From the NCBI GenBank assembly GCA_963789825.1, contig CAWBME010000010.1:48788-112787 (forward strand): DNA of 64,000 bases, read 5' to 3'. A program made the position numbers and the translations under genes. Below the pieces are notes generated by a model. It searched no databases. It saw only the letters and a list, made by a program, of their open reading frames with translations, and was not told the origin of the DNA. This document shows positions 33,495-46,123 of this stretch, piece after piece. How positions within the stretch are numbered: the first letter of the stretch is position 1; each line of letters opens with the position of its first letter. This stretch comes from an uncultured Chloroflexia bacterium (GTDB lineage: Bacteria > Chloroflexota > Anaerolineae > Anaerolineales > E44-bin32).

Positions 33495-34959
33495 TCAGTC
33501 GGCCGCTCCACCAATCTCCTTGTCGGCGGCGGCCAGGATGCGCTGCAGCTCGCGCTGTGCAGCGGCCTCGAGCGGCTGCGGATGGTGGTTCTCCAGAATC
33601 CAGTGCAGGCGCTCGCGGGCGACCTCGGTCGGATCGCGGTAGGCGCCGCTCGGGCCGGCGTGGTGGGTCAGCGCAGGACGCAGCGCTTCGCGCATGAACT
33701 TGCGCGTGTGCTTCTGCGCCAGGAAGTGTCCCCCGGGACCAACCGAACGCACGACATCCAGCGCCAGAGTCTCTTCGCTGACGTCCAAGTCCATCAATGC
33801 AAAGCGCCCGCGGTGGTAGGTGTCGTCGTCGAGGATGATCGCTTCAGGGTAGAGCAGCGTGTAGGTATTGACCAGGCCGATGCCGGTCACGAACTCGGCG
33901 CCGGTCAGCGCCACCCAGAATGCGTCCAGGGCGACCTCAACTCCCGATTGCCACATCCCTGGCCGATCGCAATCGGTGCCATACGCACCGCCCAGGCTGG
34001 GCATGCCCCAGTGATGCGCCAGCTCGACGGGCGCGAAGCGACCGCGCGAGTCCAGCGGATAGCTGACGTAGTTCCCGGAGCGTGGATCGGCCCAGGCGTG
34101 CATTTCCGAGTGGAAGACCGGCGCGCCAGGGTGTGCCAGCTGGAGCAGCACGGTGGCGCTGATGATCTCGGCGTCGGCCAGCGCCAGCGCACCGGCGAGC
34201 GTCGCCGGCGCGGTCGTGCCCAGCGTCGGCATGGCCAGGAACCCGACCGGCACGCCGGCTTCGGCCAACACCAGCGCGCCCTCGATGCCCTCGGTGTCCT
34301 GTGTCAGCGGGGCAATCGTGCACACGACCAGCGAGAACGGCGGCCGCCGACGCAGTTGCTCCTTCGACCCGGCGATCACCGTCGCCATCTCGACGGCGTA
34401 GCGCGCCGGCGCGGCACCCATGATCGTCTCGCTCTGGACATGCTTGATGCTGTTGTTGAAGCAGGCATCGATCTCGTGCAGCGGGGCGGTCTTGCCATGG
34501 TCCTGGGCGCTGACGATCGGCCACACGAACGAGATCGACGAGAGGTAGTCAGCGACCCTGCGCCATACGCGCCACGTCGTCCTTGCGCGACGGTCGGCGC
34601 TCCCCCGTCTCGAAATCGATCGTCTCCACACCGCAGCCATCGTTGGTGAAGTAGGTGACGTTCTCCTGGAGCTGCAGGTCGAACGCCGGATCGCGCGCCC
34701 CCAGCGGGAAGTAGCGCGGCACGGTCTTCATGGCCTGGAAGACCAGGTCGCGTGGGAAGCGCACAATCTGGGTGGAGGGATCGACCTGGGCGCCGTGCTC
34801 GGCCAGGATGCGCAGCGCGGTCTCCGACGGAAAGCGAACGCCGACCTCCTCCAGCATCCGCAGCGTCGTCTCCTGCAGGTCGTCGAGCTGGTCATCGCTC
34901 AGGCAGCGCAGTCGCTGCGTGGTGCGCAGCGGCTCGATGCCGGGTCGCTCGGTTGTCAT
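33495..34959 (-). CDS. MttB-superfamily methyltransferase (frameshift near 34555)
   Basis: CTIAPLTQD, GTTAPATLAG, VGPGGHFL; close paralog of the adjacent gene. Confidence 0.9.
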
Positions 34960-35070
34960 GGCGTCAAGGCTCCTTGGCAGCAGGCGTCGGGCGGACGCGG
35001 CCGGCCCGACAGAATCGACGCGGACGGCTCCGGTCCTCCGAGGACCGAGGGTCGCCTCGGATGGAGGCGG

Positions 35071-35729
<659 letters not shown>

Positions 35730-35841
35730 GCCTCCTTGGCAAGCGATTGGACCGCTGGGGCCGGCGGCGCAGCGCGGTGCTTCCGGGGCCCTCCCCATGG
35801 GCCATGGATCGAGATCGCAATGGCGAAGCGGCGCCTCCCGA

Positions 35842-37152
35842 CTACAGCTTCTTCACGACCTCCGCCAGCTCGGTCAACGTCCGATCGATGTCCGCCGGCG
35901 AATGCGCCTCGCACAAGAACCACGGTTCCTTGCCGTCGATCTCGTACTCGATCCCCCGGGCGCGGATGCCGGCGTGGATCTTCTCGTACAGTCCCATGTC
36001 GGCGGCCGCCAGGTCGCGGTACTCGACCGGCGGCTTCTCCAGCCCGAGCACGAAGGAGAACATCGCCGGGACCCCGGTGAGCGTGTGGGGAATCCCCTTC
36101 TCGGTCAGGATCAGGTGAATGCCCTGCATCAGGCGCTTGCCCTGGGCGGCGATCGTCTTCAGCGCCGGGGTGGTCTGGAGCACTTCCAGCGTGGCCAGGG
36201 CTGCGGCCACGCCGGGCACATTGCTGCAGTAGGTTCCCCCGTGGGCCATGCGGCCGGGTTCGATCACGCTCATCACCGCCCGCGATCCGCCGACGGCCGC
36301 CAGCGGATAGCCGTTGGCCAGCGACTTGGCATACGTCATCAGGTCGCCGCGCACCTTGAAGTACTCGGTGGCGCCGCCGCGGGCGATGCGGAATCCGGTC
36401 TTGACTTCGTCCATGATCATCACGATGCCGAATTCGTCGCACAGCCGGCGGATGTGCCCCAGCCAGCCGCGCCTCGGCATGACGGTCGTCATATTGGCGG
36501 CGATCGGCTCGACCAGGATGGCGGCGATTTCCCCGTAGCGCGCCCGCACGGTCGCTTCGAGCATCTCGAAGTCGTTGTACGGCAGCATGATCACCAGGTC
36601 CTTGAGGCAGGCCGGCATGCCCGACGAGTTGGCGACCGGCGTCGGGCTGCGCCGCGAGCCCAGCGACCCGTAGGCGGTGTAGGCCGTCGACCACAGGGCG
36701 TAGTCGTAGAAGCCGTGGTAGGTCCCTTCGAACTTGACGATCTTCTCGCGGTTGGTGTGCGCCCGGGCGATGCGCAGCGCATGCATCGTCGCCTCGGTGC
36801 CGGAGTTGACGAAGCGCACCATCTCCACCCCGGGGCACATCGCCACCACTTTCTCGGCCAGCTCGACTTCCAGCAGATGACTGTGGGCGAACAAGGTTCC
36901 CTGGTCAATCGCCTCGTGCACTCGGGCATTCACCCGGGGGTCGGCGTGGCCGAGAATGATCGGGCCAAAGGCCATGCGGTAGTCGAGATAGCGATTGCCG
37001 TCGGCATCCCAGACATAGGCGCCCTCGCCGCGGGCGATCACCGGGGTTTCGTCTCCCCAGTAGCGGAAGTTGGAGCTCACCCCCCACGGCATGACTTTCT
37101 TGGCGCGGGCAAAGACCGCGCGCGTCTTGGATAGGTTCAATCCATCTGCCAT
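35842..37152 (-). CDS. Glutamate-1-semialdehyde-aminomutase-like class III PLP enzyme
   Basis: GVSSNFR, VRFVNSGTEATM, DEVKTGFR, YAKSLANGYP. Confidence 0.88.
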   Translation of the reverse strand: MADGLNLSKTRAVFARAKKVMPWGVSSNFRYWGDETPVIARGEGAYVWDADGNRYLDYRMAFGPIILGHADPRVNARVHEAIDQGTLFAHSHLLEVELAEKVVAMCPGVEMVRFVNSGTEATMHALRIARAHTNREKIVKFEGTYHGFYDYALWSTAYTAYGSLGSRRSPTPVANSSGMPACLKDLVIMLPYNDFEMLEATVRARYGEIAAILVEPIAANMTTVMPRRGWLGHIRRLCDEFGIVMIMDEVKTGFRIARGGATEYFKVRGDLMTYAKSLANGYPLAAVGGSRAVMSVIEPGRMAHGGTYCSNVPGVAAALATLEVLQTTPALKTIAAQGKRLMQGIHLILTEKGIPHTLTGVPAMFSFVLGLEKPPVEYRDLAAADMGLYEKIHAGIRARGIEYEIDGKEPWFLCEAHSPADIDRTLTELAEVVKKL

Positions 37153-37162
37153 GCCTTCCTCC

Positions 37163-38505
37163 TCAGCCGCAGCTGCCTATCCGGCGGTCGCCGCCCGAAT
37201 CGCGTTCTCGATGATCTTCAGCCCGTGCAACAACTCGTCGCGAGTGATACACAGCGGCGGGCAGGCAAAGACCAGGTTCTTGTTGACAAACGTCGACAGG
37301 CCGTCCTGGAGAAGCCGCGTCTTGATCTTCCCCATCGTCGGAGCGTCCAGCGGCGCGCGGGTCGTCCGATCCGATGACGAGCTCGAGCACGGAGAACAGC
37401 CCGATCCCGCGCACGTCGCCCACCACCGGCAGACGCGGCTTGGATCGCCCGCAGTTCCTCCAGCAGCACCTCGCCCATGCGGCGGCTGTTCTCGATCAGG
37501 TTCTCCTGCTCATACACCTCGAGCGTCGCCAGGCCGGCGGCGCACGACATCGGGTGGCCGTAGTAGGTCAGGCCCAGGTAGAGCACCCGCTCGTCGAAGT
37601 GGCGGGCGATGGCCTCCGAGACCACCACGCCGCCCAAGCGGCAGGTAGCCGGAGGTCACGCCCTTGGCGATGGTCATGATGTCGGGCACGACGTCCCAGT
37701 GATCGACGGCGAACCACTTGCCGGTGCGCCCGAAGCCGCTCATCACCTCGTCCGAGATCAGCAGCACGCCGTACTTGCGGGTGATCTCGCGCAGGCGCGG
37801 CCAGTAGTCATCCGGCGGCACCAGGATGCCGTTCGAGCCGGTGACGCCTTCCATGATCAGGGCGGCGACGGTCTCGGGCCCTTCGTACTGGATCATCTGC
37901 TCGATGTGGGTGATGCACTCCCGATGACAGGTCTGCGGGGTGTAGCCGAACACGCAGCGATAGCAGTACGGATCGAAGCAATGCACGACGCCGGGGATGC
38001 CAGGCTCGACCGGCGGCCGGCGGTAGTCGCCGCTCAAGGTGATGGCGCCATAGGTCGCGCCGTGATACGAGACGTAGCGCGCCAGGATCTTGTGCCGTCC
38101 GGTAAACAACCGGGCGAACTTGATGGCGTTCTCGTTGGCCTCGGCGCCGCCCAGGGTGAAGAAGACCTTGTTCAGGTCGCCGGGCGCAAGCTGGGCAATC
38201 CGCTCGGCCAGGCGCGCCTTGGGCTCATGCGCCGCGCTGGGATGGGCGGCGCACAGCCTCGCCGCCTGCTCCTGGATCGCCGCCACGACCTTCGGGTGCT
38301 GGTAGCCGATGTTGAGATTCATCAGCTGGGACGAGAAATCCAGATAGCGCTTGCCGTCGGCGTCCCAGAAGGTGATGCCCTCACCGCCGACGACGGGGAT
38401 CGGATCGACGGCATTCTGGGCCGACCACGAGAAGAAGGCGTACTGCTTGTTGAGCCGTACGATCTCCTGCGCGCTCAGGCCTGACGGCGTGATGGTTTGG
38501 GACAT
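37163..38505 (-). CDS. Class III omega-aminotransferase (frameshifted C-terminus)
   Basis: DFSSQLMN, GAEANENAIK, SYHGAT, DEVMSGFGRTG, IAKGVTSGY. Confidence 0.9.
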
Positions 38506-38630
38506 GCGATCCTCCTGAGCCTACTGCCGGCCAGCGCCGGTCCGACCCCAACCCGAGGCCCCCCGGCAAACGGCGTGCTTCCTGGCTGAGCCCGGTTCTC
38601 CGTCCCTCCACCGGCGGCAAGGGCCTCGGG

Positions 38631-40014
38631 TCATAGACTTTGTTGAACCGAAGCCAATGTGTCGGTCAGCCGGTTAAGCACCTCGTCGAGCAGGTCATAT
38701 TCGATGACCAACGGGGGCTCAATGCGCACGGTGTGCGCGCTGGTGAGCGTACCGGCCACCAGCACACCGCGCTTGAATAGCCCGGCAGCCACCTTGTAGC
38801 CGATCTCAGGATCCTGGAAGTGCATGCCGATCAGCAGGCCCTTGCCGGTGATGCCGTTGGCGCCGTAGTGCGGATCGTAGATCTGCGGGTACTTGCCCGC
38901 CAGCTCAATCAGCTTGGGCATCAGATAGTCGCCCTTGGCGGCGGCCTGCTCCCACAGCCGATCGCGCAGCAAGACATTGATCGAAGCGATGGCCGCGCTG
39001 CACGCCAGCGGATTCCCACCCGTGGTTGTGGTGTGGATGAACGGGTTGGGATACATCATCACTTGCCAGATTTCCTCGGTCGAGCAGAAGGCGCTCACCG
39101 GCATCACCCCGCCGCCCAGCGCCTTGGCCACGCCCAGGATGTCGGGCACCACGCCCCAGTGGTCCAACCCCCACAGCTTGCCGGTGCGGCCCATGCCGGT
39201 CTGGACTTCGTCGGCGATCAGCAGCACGCCATAGTGCTTGGTCAGCTCGCGCACGCGTGGCCAGAAGTCGTCCGGCGGGACGATCCCGCCGGCCTCGCCC
39301 TGGATCGGCTCCATCAGCACCGCGGCGATGTCGATGCCGACCTTCTGGCAGATATCCAGCTGCTGCTCGACCGCGTCGGCGTCGCCGAAGGGGACGTGGT
39401 AGACCGGGCCGCCGTAGAGCACGCCGGGCGGCTGAGCGGTAGTCCGCCTTGCCCATCATGCTCAGCGAGCCCATCGTCTTGCCGTGGAAGGCCTTGAGGG
39501 CGACGATGAAGCCGGCCTTGCGGGTGTACATCTTGGCGAGCTTGATCGTGCCTTCCATGGCCTCGGTGCCGCTGGCGCAAAAGAAGGAGTAGCGGATGTC
39601 GCCGGGGGTGATCTCGGCCATCAGGCGTGCCAGCACGCCCGCGCAGCGGGTCGATCAGCTCCTGGCTCGGCATCGGCGTGCGCAGGGTGAGCTGCGCCTT
39701 GACGGCGTCCACGACGTCGGGATGCGACCAGCCGTGGGCCAGCAGGCCGTAGCCGCCCAGGCAGTCGATGTACTTCGCGGCCGAGGACGTCCTCGAACAT
39801 GGCGCCCGGAACCGGTCCACTCGGTGGCCGCCCAGTCTCCGGCCTCGGTCACCGACTTGCGGTACTCCAGCCAGCCCTTGTTGAAGTAGTCGGCGAAGTT
39901 GGCCTTGGACTCTTCGATGATCGCCTTGCCTTCCGTCTCCGAGAGGCCTAGGCTTGTGCAGGATCTCAATCCAGCGCGACGAGTACTCAGGGCCTTGTCG
40001 AGGGACTGAGGCAT
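38631..40014 (-). CDS. Putrescine aminotransferase-like protein (PatA/YgjG type), frameshifted
   Basis: LEYRKSVT, IDCLGGYG, FHGKTMGSLS, VPFGD, NPFIHTTT, VLVAGTL...RIEPPL, all recognisably PatA-like. Confidence 0.85.
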
Positions 40015-40101
40015 GGCAGCTCTCCTTGCTTGCTGAGGGAGAGCCATGCCCGGCGCCTGGCGGGCCTCCGGGCATGGTTCCAACCCTCGTGCTACGGCAG
40101 A

Positions 40102-41310
40102 TTACATCTCCCGGATGCCGTACGGGAAGTCGTACTTCGGCATGCGTTCCAGGAAGGGATCCGGGTCGAAGGCTTCCGGCCCGAGCACACCCTTGCCTGT
40201 CCAGATGCCGTGCTGCAGCAGATCCCAGGCGATCACCGGATTGACCGCCGTCTGCCAGACCACCGCCTGCACACCGTACTTCTTCATGCAGGTCTCGTTG
40301 TCGGCCACCTGATAGAGATACACCTGGCGCGGCTTGCCGTTCTTCTTGCCCTTGACCCAGGTGCCGGCGCAGGTCTTGCCAAACATCCGGTCGCCGAGAT
40401 GCGCCGGATCGGGCAGGCAGGCCGCCACGACATCGCGCGGGGCAACCTTGACCGCCCTCACCTGGATCGGGTTCTTGTTGTCCAGGCCGAGCATCTTGAG
40501 CGTCTTGAGCACACGGATGAAGTCTTCGCCCGAGCCCGTACTTGAACGTCACGCGCTTGCACTTCACCCAGCGCGGCACCAGCAGCACCTCTTCGTGCTC
40601 GACGTTGACGCACTCCTGCTTGCCCGATGCCCTCGGGGAACTCGAAGATCTCCGGTTCGGAGAACGGCTGCGGTGGTGTACCAGCCGCGGTCTTTCTCCC
40701 AGATGACCGGCGGGTTGAGGCACTCTTCGATCGTCGTCCAGATCGAGAAGTTGGGGGCGAACTCGTAGCCGCGCACTTCCAGGTTGGCGCCGTCGCGAAC
40801 GCCGATCTCGTCGATCTCGTCGAAGAGGTGCTTCTCGGCATACTTGGCAAAGACGTCGGCCATGCCGGGCTCGACGCCCATCCCCAGCAACGCCAGCCGC
40901 CCCTTCTTCTCCCACTTCTCGGCGCGCTCGAACTGGTAGTCGCCCAGCTTGACGCCGCGCTTCTCGAACGGCTTCTGCGGATGCGGCGTCGAGAGCGTCA
41001 TCGCCATATCCATGTAGGTGCAGCCGTAGCGGAAGGCGGCGTCGAAGATCTGTTCGTTGAACAACGGCTCGACGGCGTTCATGATCAGGTCGACCTTGTG
41101 CTTCTTGGCCAGCTCGACGATCTGGCTGCGGGTTCTGGCGTCGATCTGCTCCACCGGGAACTTCTTCGGCTGGCGCAGCTTGGCCTTGACCTCTCGGCAG
41201 CGCTTGGGATTGATGTCGCACAACACGATCTTCTCGACCCAGGGCTTGTCCTGGGCGATCACGGCGATCGACTCGCCGACGCCCCCCACCCCGACCAACA
41301 GGACTCGCAT
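40102..41310 (-). CDS. Saccharopine dehydrogenase / carboxy(nor)spermidine dehydrogenase-like oxidoreductase (frameshifted)
   Basis: GVGGVG Rossmann fold, YMDMA, GMGVEPG, HEEV, GVLGPEAFDPDPFL. Confidence 0.85.
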
Positions 41311-41331
41311 GCTAGCCTCCTTCCACTCTGC

Positions 41332-42920
41332 TTAGAGCGGTTCTGCCCCTTCGGATTCGTAGGGATTGATGTCCGGCACACCGCGCTTGAGATAGCGTTT
41401 GATCGGGAAGTACAGAATGGCGCCCAGCAGAATCGCCACCAGCGCCAGCCACAAAGACGTCAACCCTTCCTCGACCACCTGTGAGTAGATCGCCAGCAGG
41501 ATGATGAACGTCGGCCCCAAGGTGATCAGGAACAGGCCGAAGTAGCCACCGGGGACCTTCATGCGCGGCACATCCGGCTTGGTGAAGCGCAGCTTCCACA
41601 GCGCAGCGAACTCGGCCAGGATCACCAGCGTCTGCAGGAACACGTCCACCACGACCAGGACGGCGAAGGCACTCAAGGCGAAGACACTGAAGATCACTCC
41701 GCAGAAGATGATCGCCACCCAGGGTGTGCCGTAGCGCGGATGGACGTGCACCAACCAGCGCGGCATCATGCCGTCCTCGGCCAGGGCGAAGGGGACGCGC
41801 GTGCCTCCCAGGCTGTTCCCGATGAACAGCCCGATCATGCTGAGCACCGCCGCCAGGGTGATCGTGACGCCCAGCGCCCTCGGCCAGGGGCTCTCCGGTC
41901 CGGCCAGGACCTCGCCCAGCCGTTGGCCGATATCCGGGAATTCCCATCCGACGGGGCTGCCTGGATCGACTCCCCAGGCTTCCATCTGCTCGGCCGTGAC
42001 CCCGTACTCCTCCAGCACGACCCCGATCCCTTCCCCGTCTTCGTATTCCTCGATGCCCCAGAGATGATGACGGCCGTCCTCCCCTGCACCCCCGTACAGT
42101 CCGGCCACGGTTGGGCCGGCATAGGTCAGGATCGCCGCCACCAGGACGAGCGCCATCGCCCGCGGATAGGTCTTGCGCGGATTGACGATCTCATCGCCGG
42201 CCGCCGCCGGCAGCTCCCAGCCCATGTAGTTCCACATCACGACGAACAGCCCCACGCTGAAGGCGCCAATCATCAACTCGCCCTCGGGGAGCATGGGGAG
42301 CGAGATCGTGACCCCGCCGCGGATCCAGTTGTAGAAGCCCACGATGGTCATCAACACCAGGGGCGCCATCATGACGACCGACATCCAGGCGGTGGTCAGC
42401 CCGGCCAGGCGCGCCCCGCGCACTTGCAGCCAGGTGATCAACCAGATCAGGACGGCTGCCACCAACCACGAAAGGAAGTTGGCCGAGAGCTCGGTCCCGC
42501 CGATCGTCGTCCCCTCGCGCAGCGCAGGAATGAAGAACCCCAGGTAGTAGGCGGCCAGCACGGGATAGATGGCCACATCCACCCAGGACACGACCCAGTT
42601 CATCCAACCGGCCAGGAATCCGCAAAGCCGCCGAAAGCCTGCTTGATCCAGTGGTAGTAGCCGCCTTCGACGGGCATCATCGAGTTCAGCTCACGCACCA
42701 TCAGCATGTTGGGAAGGCTGAAGATGAGCGGCGTGATCACGATCAGCACCAGGGCCAGCCCCGGCCCCGACCAGCCGACCAGCGGCTCGATCCCGAACGA
42801 ACCGCCGCACACGGTGAAGTAGATCAGACCGAAGAGCGGAAGAAGGGTGAGCTCACGCTTCAATCGCTTGCGTTCTTGCTTGATCTCGACTGCTGCGGAC
42901 GATTCCGGTGTCGTCGACAT
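41332..42920 (-). CDS. APC-superfamily permease, polyamine-transporter-like (one frameshift near 42620)
   Basis: GGSFGIE, GGYYHWI, WNYMGWE, YPRA, HPRYGTPW. Confidence 0.9.
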
Positions 42921-43015
42921 CGGACTTCTCCTCCTCGGATGGATGGAATGCCCCCGGAATGGGTGAGCGGAATCAAGCGACAGCTGCCGAGCGGGTCAAT
43001 CGCCTGCTGCCTCCT

Positions 43016-43606
43016 TCACTCCCTTGCCCGCCCTCGAGGGGACATGGGCAGGCCCGTGGCGGGATGATGCCTACCGCCGGACACGTGCCAGCGCCGGGTG
43101 CACGGTCCAGTTCCTCCCTCAGGGCTCGGCTCGGCATTGCCCCAGGACGCCCTGGGCACGCGCCACTGATAGACGTCCTTCAGGATCACCGGAACGATGA
43201 CCGTCGTCGTCTTGCGCACTCCCGGCAACCGACCGATCACGTCCGTGACGAACGCATACACCTCGCGATTGTCGTGGCCGACGACCTGCACGCTGATATC
43301 GCTTTCGCCCATCGAGCAGCCGACATAGGTCACGCTCTCGAAGGTCGCCAGTCGCTCGGCGACCGAGGAGATGCTTCCCGGCTCGACCTGAATGAACACG
43401 TCGGCGACGACGGTGTACCCCAGCCGAGACGGAATGGGCATGGCGACGACGCGGATCAAGCCCTGTTCGAGCAGACGCTGCAAGCGGTAGCGCGCGGTAC
43501 GCTCGGAGACGCCCAGTGCGCGCGCCAACGCCGCCGACGACAATCGGCCATCCTGCATCAGGTGTTCGATCAGTTGGACGTCGAGGCTGTCAAGGGGAGA
43601 CGGCAT
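43016..43606 (-). CDS. Lrp/AsnC family regulator
   Basis: LDSLDVQLIEHLMQDGRLS...GVSERTARYRLQRL plus a RAM-like domain. Confidence 0.92.
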   Translation of the reverse strand: MPSPLDSLDVQLIEHLMQDGRLSSAALARALGVSERTARYRLQRLLEQGLIRVVAMPIPSRLGYTVVADVFIQVEPGSISSVAERLATFESVTYVGCSMGESDISVQVVGHDNREVYAFVTDVIGRLPGVRKTTTVIVPVILKDVYQWRVPRASWGNAEPSPEGGTGPCTRRWHVSGGRHHPATGLPMSPRGRARE

Positions 43607-43633
43607 CCGGTGGTCCGCTTGCCGACTGTTACC

Positions 43634-43757
43634 AATCTAGTGGGGAAACCGTCCCGAGTCAACCATCCTGTGGTACTTCATGTCGCTTTGCCCCGTTCTG
43701 CGGGGCCGGCATGCCGTTATCGGCAACTTGCTCTTCAGGAGTGGATTTGGCCAAATC
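43634..43757 (-). promoter_or_regulatory. Cluster promoter TTGACT-17-TAGATT with upstream palindromes
   Basis: -10 at 43634-39, -35 at 43657-62; TGCCG-N4-CGGCA at 43712-25; GATTTGGCCAAATC at 43744-57. Confidence 0.6.
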
Positions 43758-43926
43758 GGATCGTGGGGCCAGACGGAGACCAGACCGCCGGTCCAGCGCC
43801 GAGCAGGGACCATGCCCGCCGGCGCGGCCCGGGAGCCCCTGCCTCACGGCGAGCTGATGCCGGGCGGTGTGTTATGCTGGCCGGCAAGCCCGCCAGCAGG
43901 ACCCGCCGGCGCAGGCGCACTATCCT

Positions 43927-44496
43927 ATGCCCAGCTTCGACCACTTCGACTTCCTGGCCCCCTGGTACGATCGCTTCATCTACAGCCCGCCGGACGACCT
44001 GTTCCTGTCCCTGGTCGGTGCGGGCGTGCGCCGGGTGCTCGATGCCGGCGGGGGCACCGGACGCGTCAGCCGCCAGCTTCAGGCCGACGGCCGCTGGATC
44101 GTGCTCGCCGACTCCTCCCTCAAGATGCTGCGGCATGCCACCCTGGCTGGCCACTTCGGGCGGGTGGGTTCCCTGACCGAGCAGCTCCCCTTCGCCAGCG
44201 GCAAGTTCGACTGCGTCTTGATCGTGGACGCGCTGCACCACGTCCAAGACCAGCGCCAAACCCTGCTCGACCTGTGGCGCGTCGTCGCCCCCGGAGGCCG
44301 GCTGATCATCGAGGAGCCGGATATCCGGCGGCTGCCCGTCAAGCTGATCGCTGTCGGGGAGAAGTTGGCCCTGATGCGCAGCCACTTCCTGACCGGCGAG
44401 CAGATCGCCGGCTTGCTTCGCGGTTTGGGCGCCGAGCCTGTCATCCAGCACAAAGAGCACACGCTGTGGGTGCTGGCCGACAAGCCGCCGGCCTGA
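43927..44496 (+). CDS. Class I SAM-dependent methyltransferase
   Basis: VLDAGGGTG, LPF...FD, DALHH, PGGRL. Confidence 0.88.
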   Translation: MPSFDHFDFLAPWYDRFIYSPPDDLFLSLVGAGVRRVLDAGGGTGRVSRQLQADGRWIVLADSSLKMLRHATLAGHFGRVGSLTEQLPFASGKFDCVLIVDALHHVQDQRQTLLDLWRVVAPGGRLIIEEPDIRRLPVKLIAVGEKLALMRSHFLTGEQIAGLLRGLGAEPVIQHKEHTLWVLADKPPA

Positions 44497-46123
44497 TCAA
44501 TCCCACCCTCCTCCGCGGCACCAGTATGTGTTCTCGCCCCGACACCCACCACATACGGACCCGTCTGCCAGCTTCCCCATAGCGTCGGATGGACGACGTA
44601 GGGCTCGAGCTCGGAGGCGCATCGCCTCGAGGGTCTGCAGCGCCCTCAGCCGGGAGACGTGGGCGGACGACCAGGGCTCCGTCGCCTGCCAGCGACGCAG
44701 GCGGAAGTACCGGCACGAGAGTTCCGACAGGAGCATGTCGCGGTCGTCGGGCGGGACGACCTGGCTCAAGGCGGCAAGCCCAGGCACGGCGTCGTCGGTC
44801 AGCTGCAGCAGGTAGGACACATCGATCTTCTCCGTCTCGGCGTAGCGCTGGCTGTTGCGCTCGACGATGAAGGCATCGACATTGACCAGCGCCAGCGTGA
44901 GCGCAAACCCAATCGCCCCCAGAAGCGCCGCCGGCGCAATCCGCCGCAAGCGATCCGACAGCAGCAGCACGACGAACACGACCAGCGCCACCCCGATCCA
45001 CCCGATCGCCACGTGGGTGTAGGTCCGCAGGCGCGTGAACCCGTAGGCCGCCTCATATAGCACGAGGCGGCGCAAGGCCGAGACGAGCACCACACCCAGC
45101 AGACCCACCTGGATCGCCGACAGGACGTTGAAGCTCCGCACCTGCCGCGAGGATTGGCGGCGGGTGACCTGGGCCAGGAGGTAGATCAGGCCGAGGCTCA
45201 GCGCGGCGGTGAAGACCAGCTCGCTGAAGCCTCGTCGGGCATACTCGGCGTAGGTGTAGCCACGCAGGCTGATGTTGGCTTCGCCGCCGAACAGGTAGGC
45301 GAATTGGATCGCCACGAAGGCGGCGAAGAGCAGGTCCATCAGCACCAGGACCACCATCGTCTCCGTGTACCCCAGGAACGGAGAGATCAGCGGGCGGTCC
45401 TCGCCGGACCGGCGACGATCGCGCCGGGTCTGCAGATCCGACGGCCAGCGCTCCCAGGCAGACGATCGCTCGCGAACAGGACCACCACCGCCCGAGAGAG
45501 CAGATCGACCAGAAGCTCGAGATTCAACCAGGCCAGCACGCCTTCGACGTAGTCGCCGAAGACGACGTCGGCGGAGGCCAACAGCGCCGTGAACACGGCC
45601 AGGATCGGCAGCGCCAACAGCAAGCCGCGCAGGACCGAGAACGTCGGCCGGCGCCAGCCGTCCTCGCGCACGCTCCGGCGCCAGGCATCGCCCAGCACGG
45701 CCCACGGGCGGACGAGCATGAGCAGCGGCGTGACCAGCGTGCTGCGCAGCAGGTCCACCCACCCGAAGCGCAGCAGATCGCCCGGCAGCAGCGTGTCGAC
45801 CCAGATCGTCAGCGCGATCAGACCCAGCACCACGGCCAATCCGATCGTGAGCGGCTCGAGCCGGAAGGGGAAGACCAGAGCCAGGGCCGATCACGACCGC
45901 CGGCCAGATGGCGCCCTTGCAGGCTGAGATGGGCACGCTCGAAGCGGGCCGCGAGCAGCAACCCCGCCACGCACAGCCCGACCCACAGCGGGATCGAGAT
46001 TCCGGGCACATGCCCATCGAAGAGCAGCTCGAAGGCCAGGCCGAGGCCGAAGGCGATCCCGACCGCCCATCTGGCCGCCCGCACACGGGGGAACTGGGTT
46101 GAGCTTGGCTCTTCGGTCTGCAT
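44497..46123 (-). CDS. DUF4153/DUF4173-like membrane protein (frameshifted)
   Basis: ASADVVF, QFAYLFGG, YAEYARRGFSEL, YEAAYGFTRLR, IDVSYL. Confidence 0.8.

Noticed and set aside
25257-34959. Pyrrolysine recoding in the MttB genes
   Set aside because: No in-frame TAG at the Pyl-equivalent position and no pyl genes in the window
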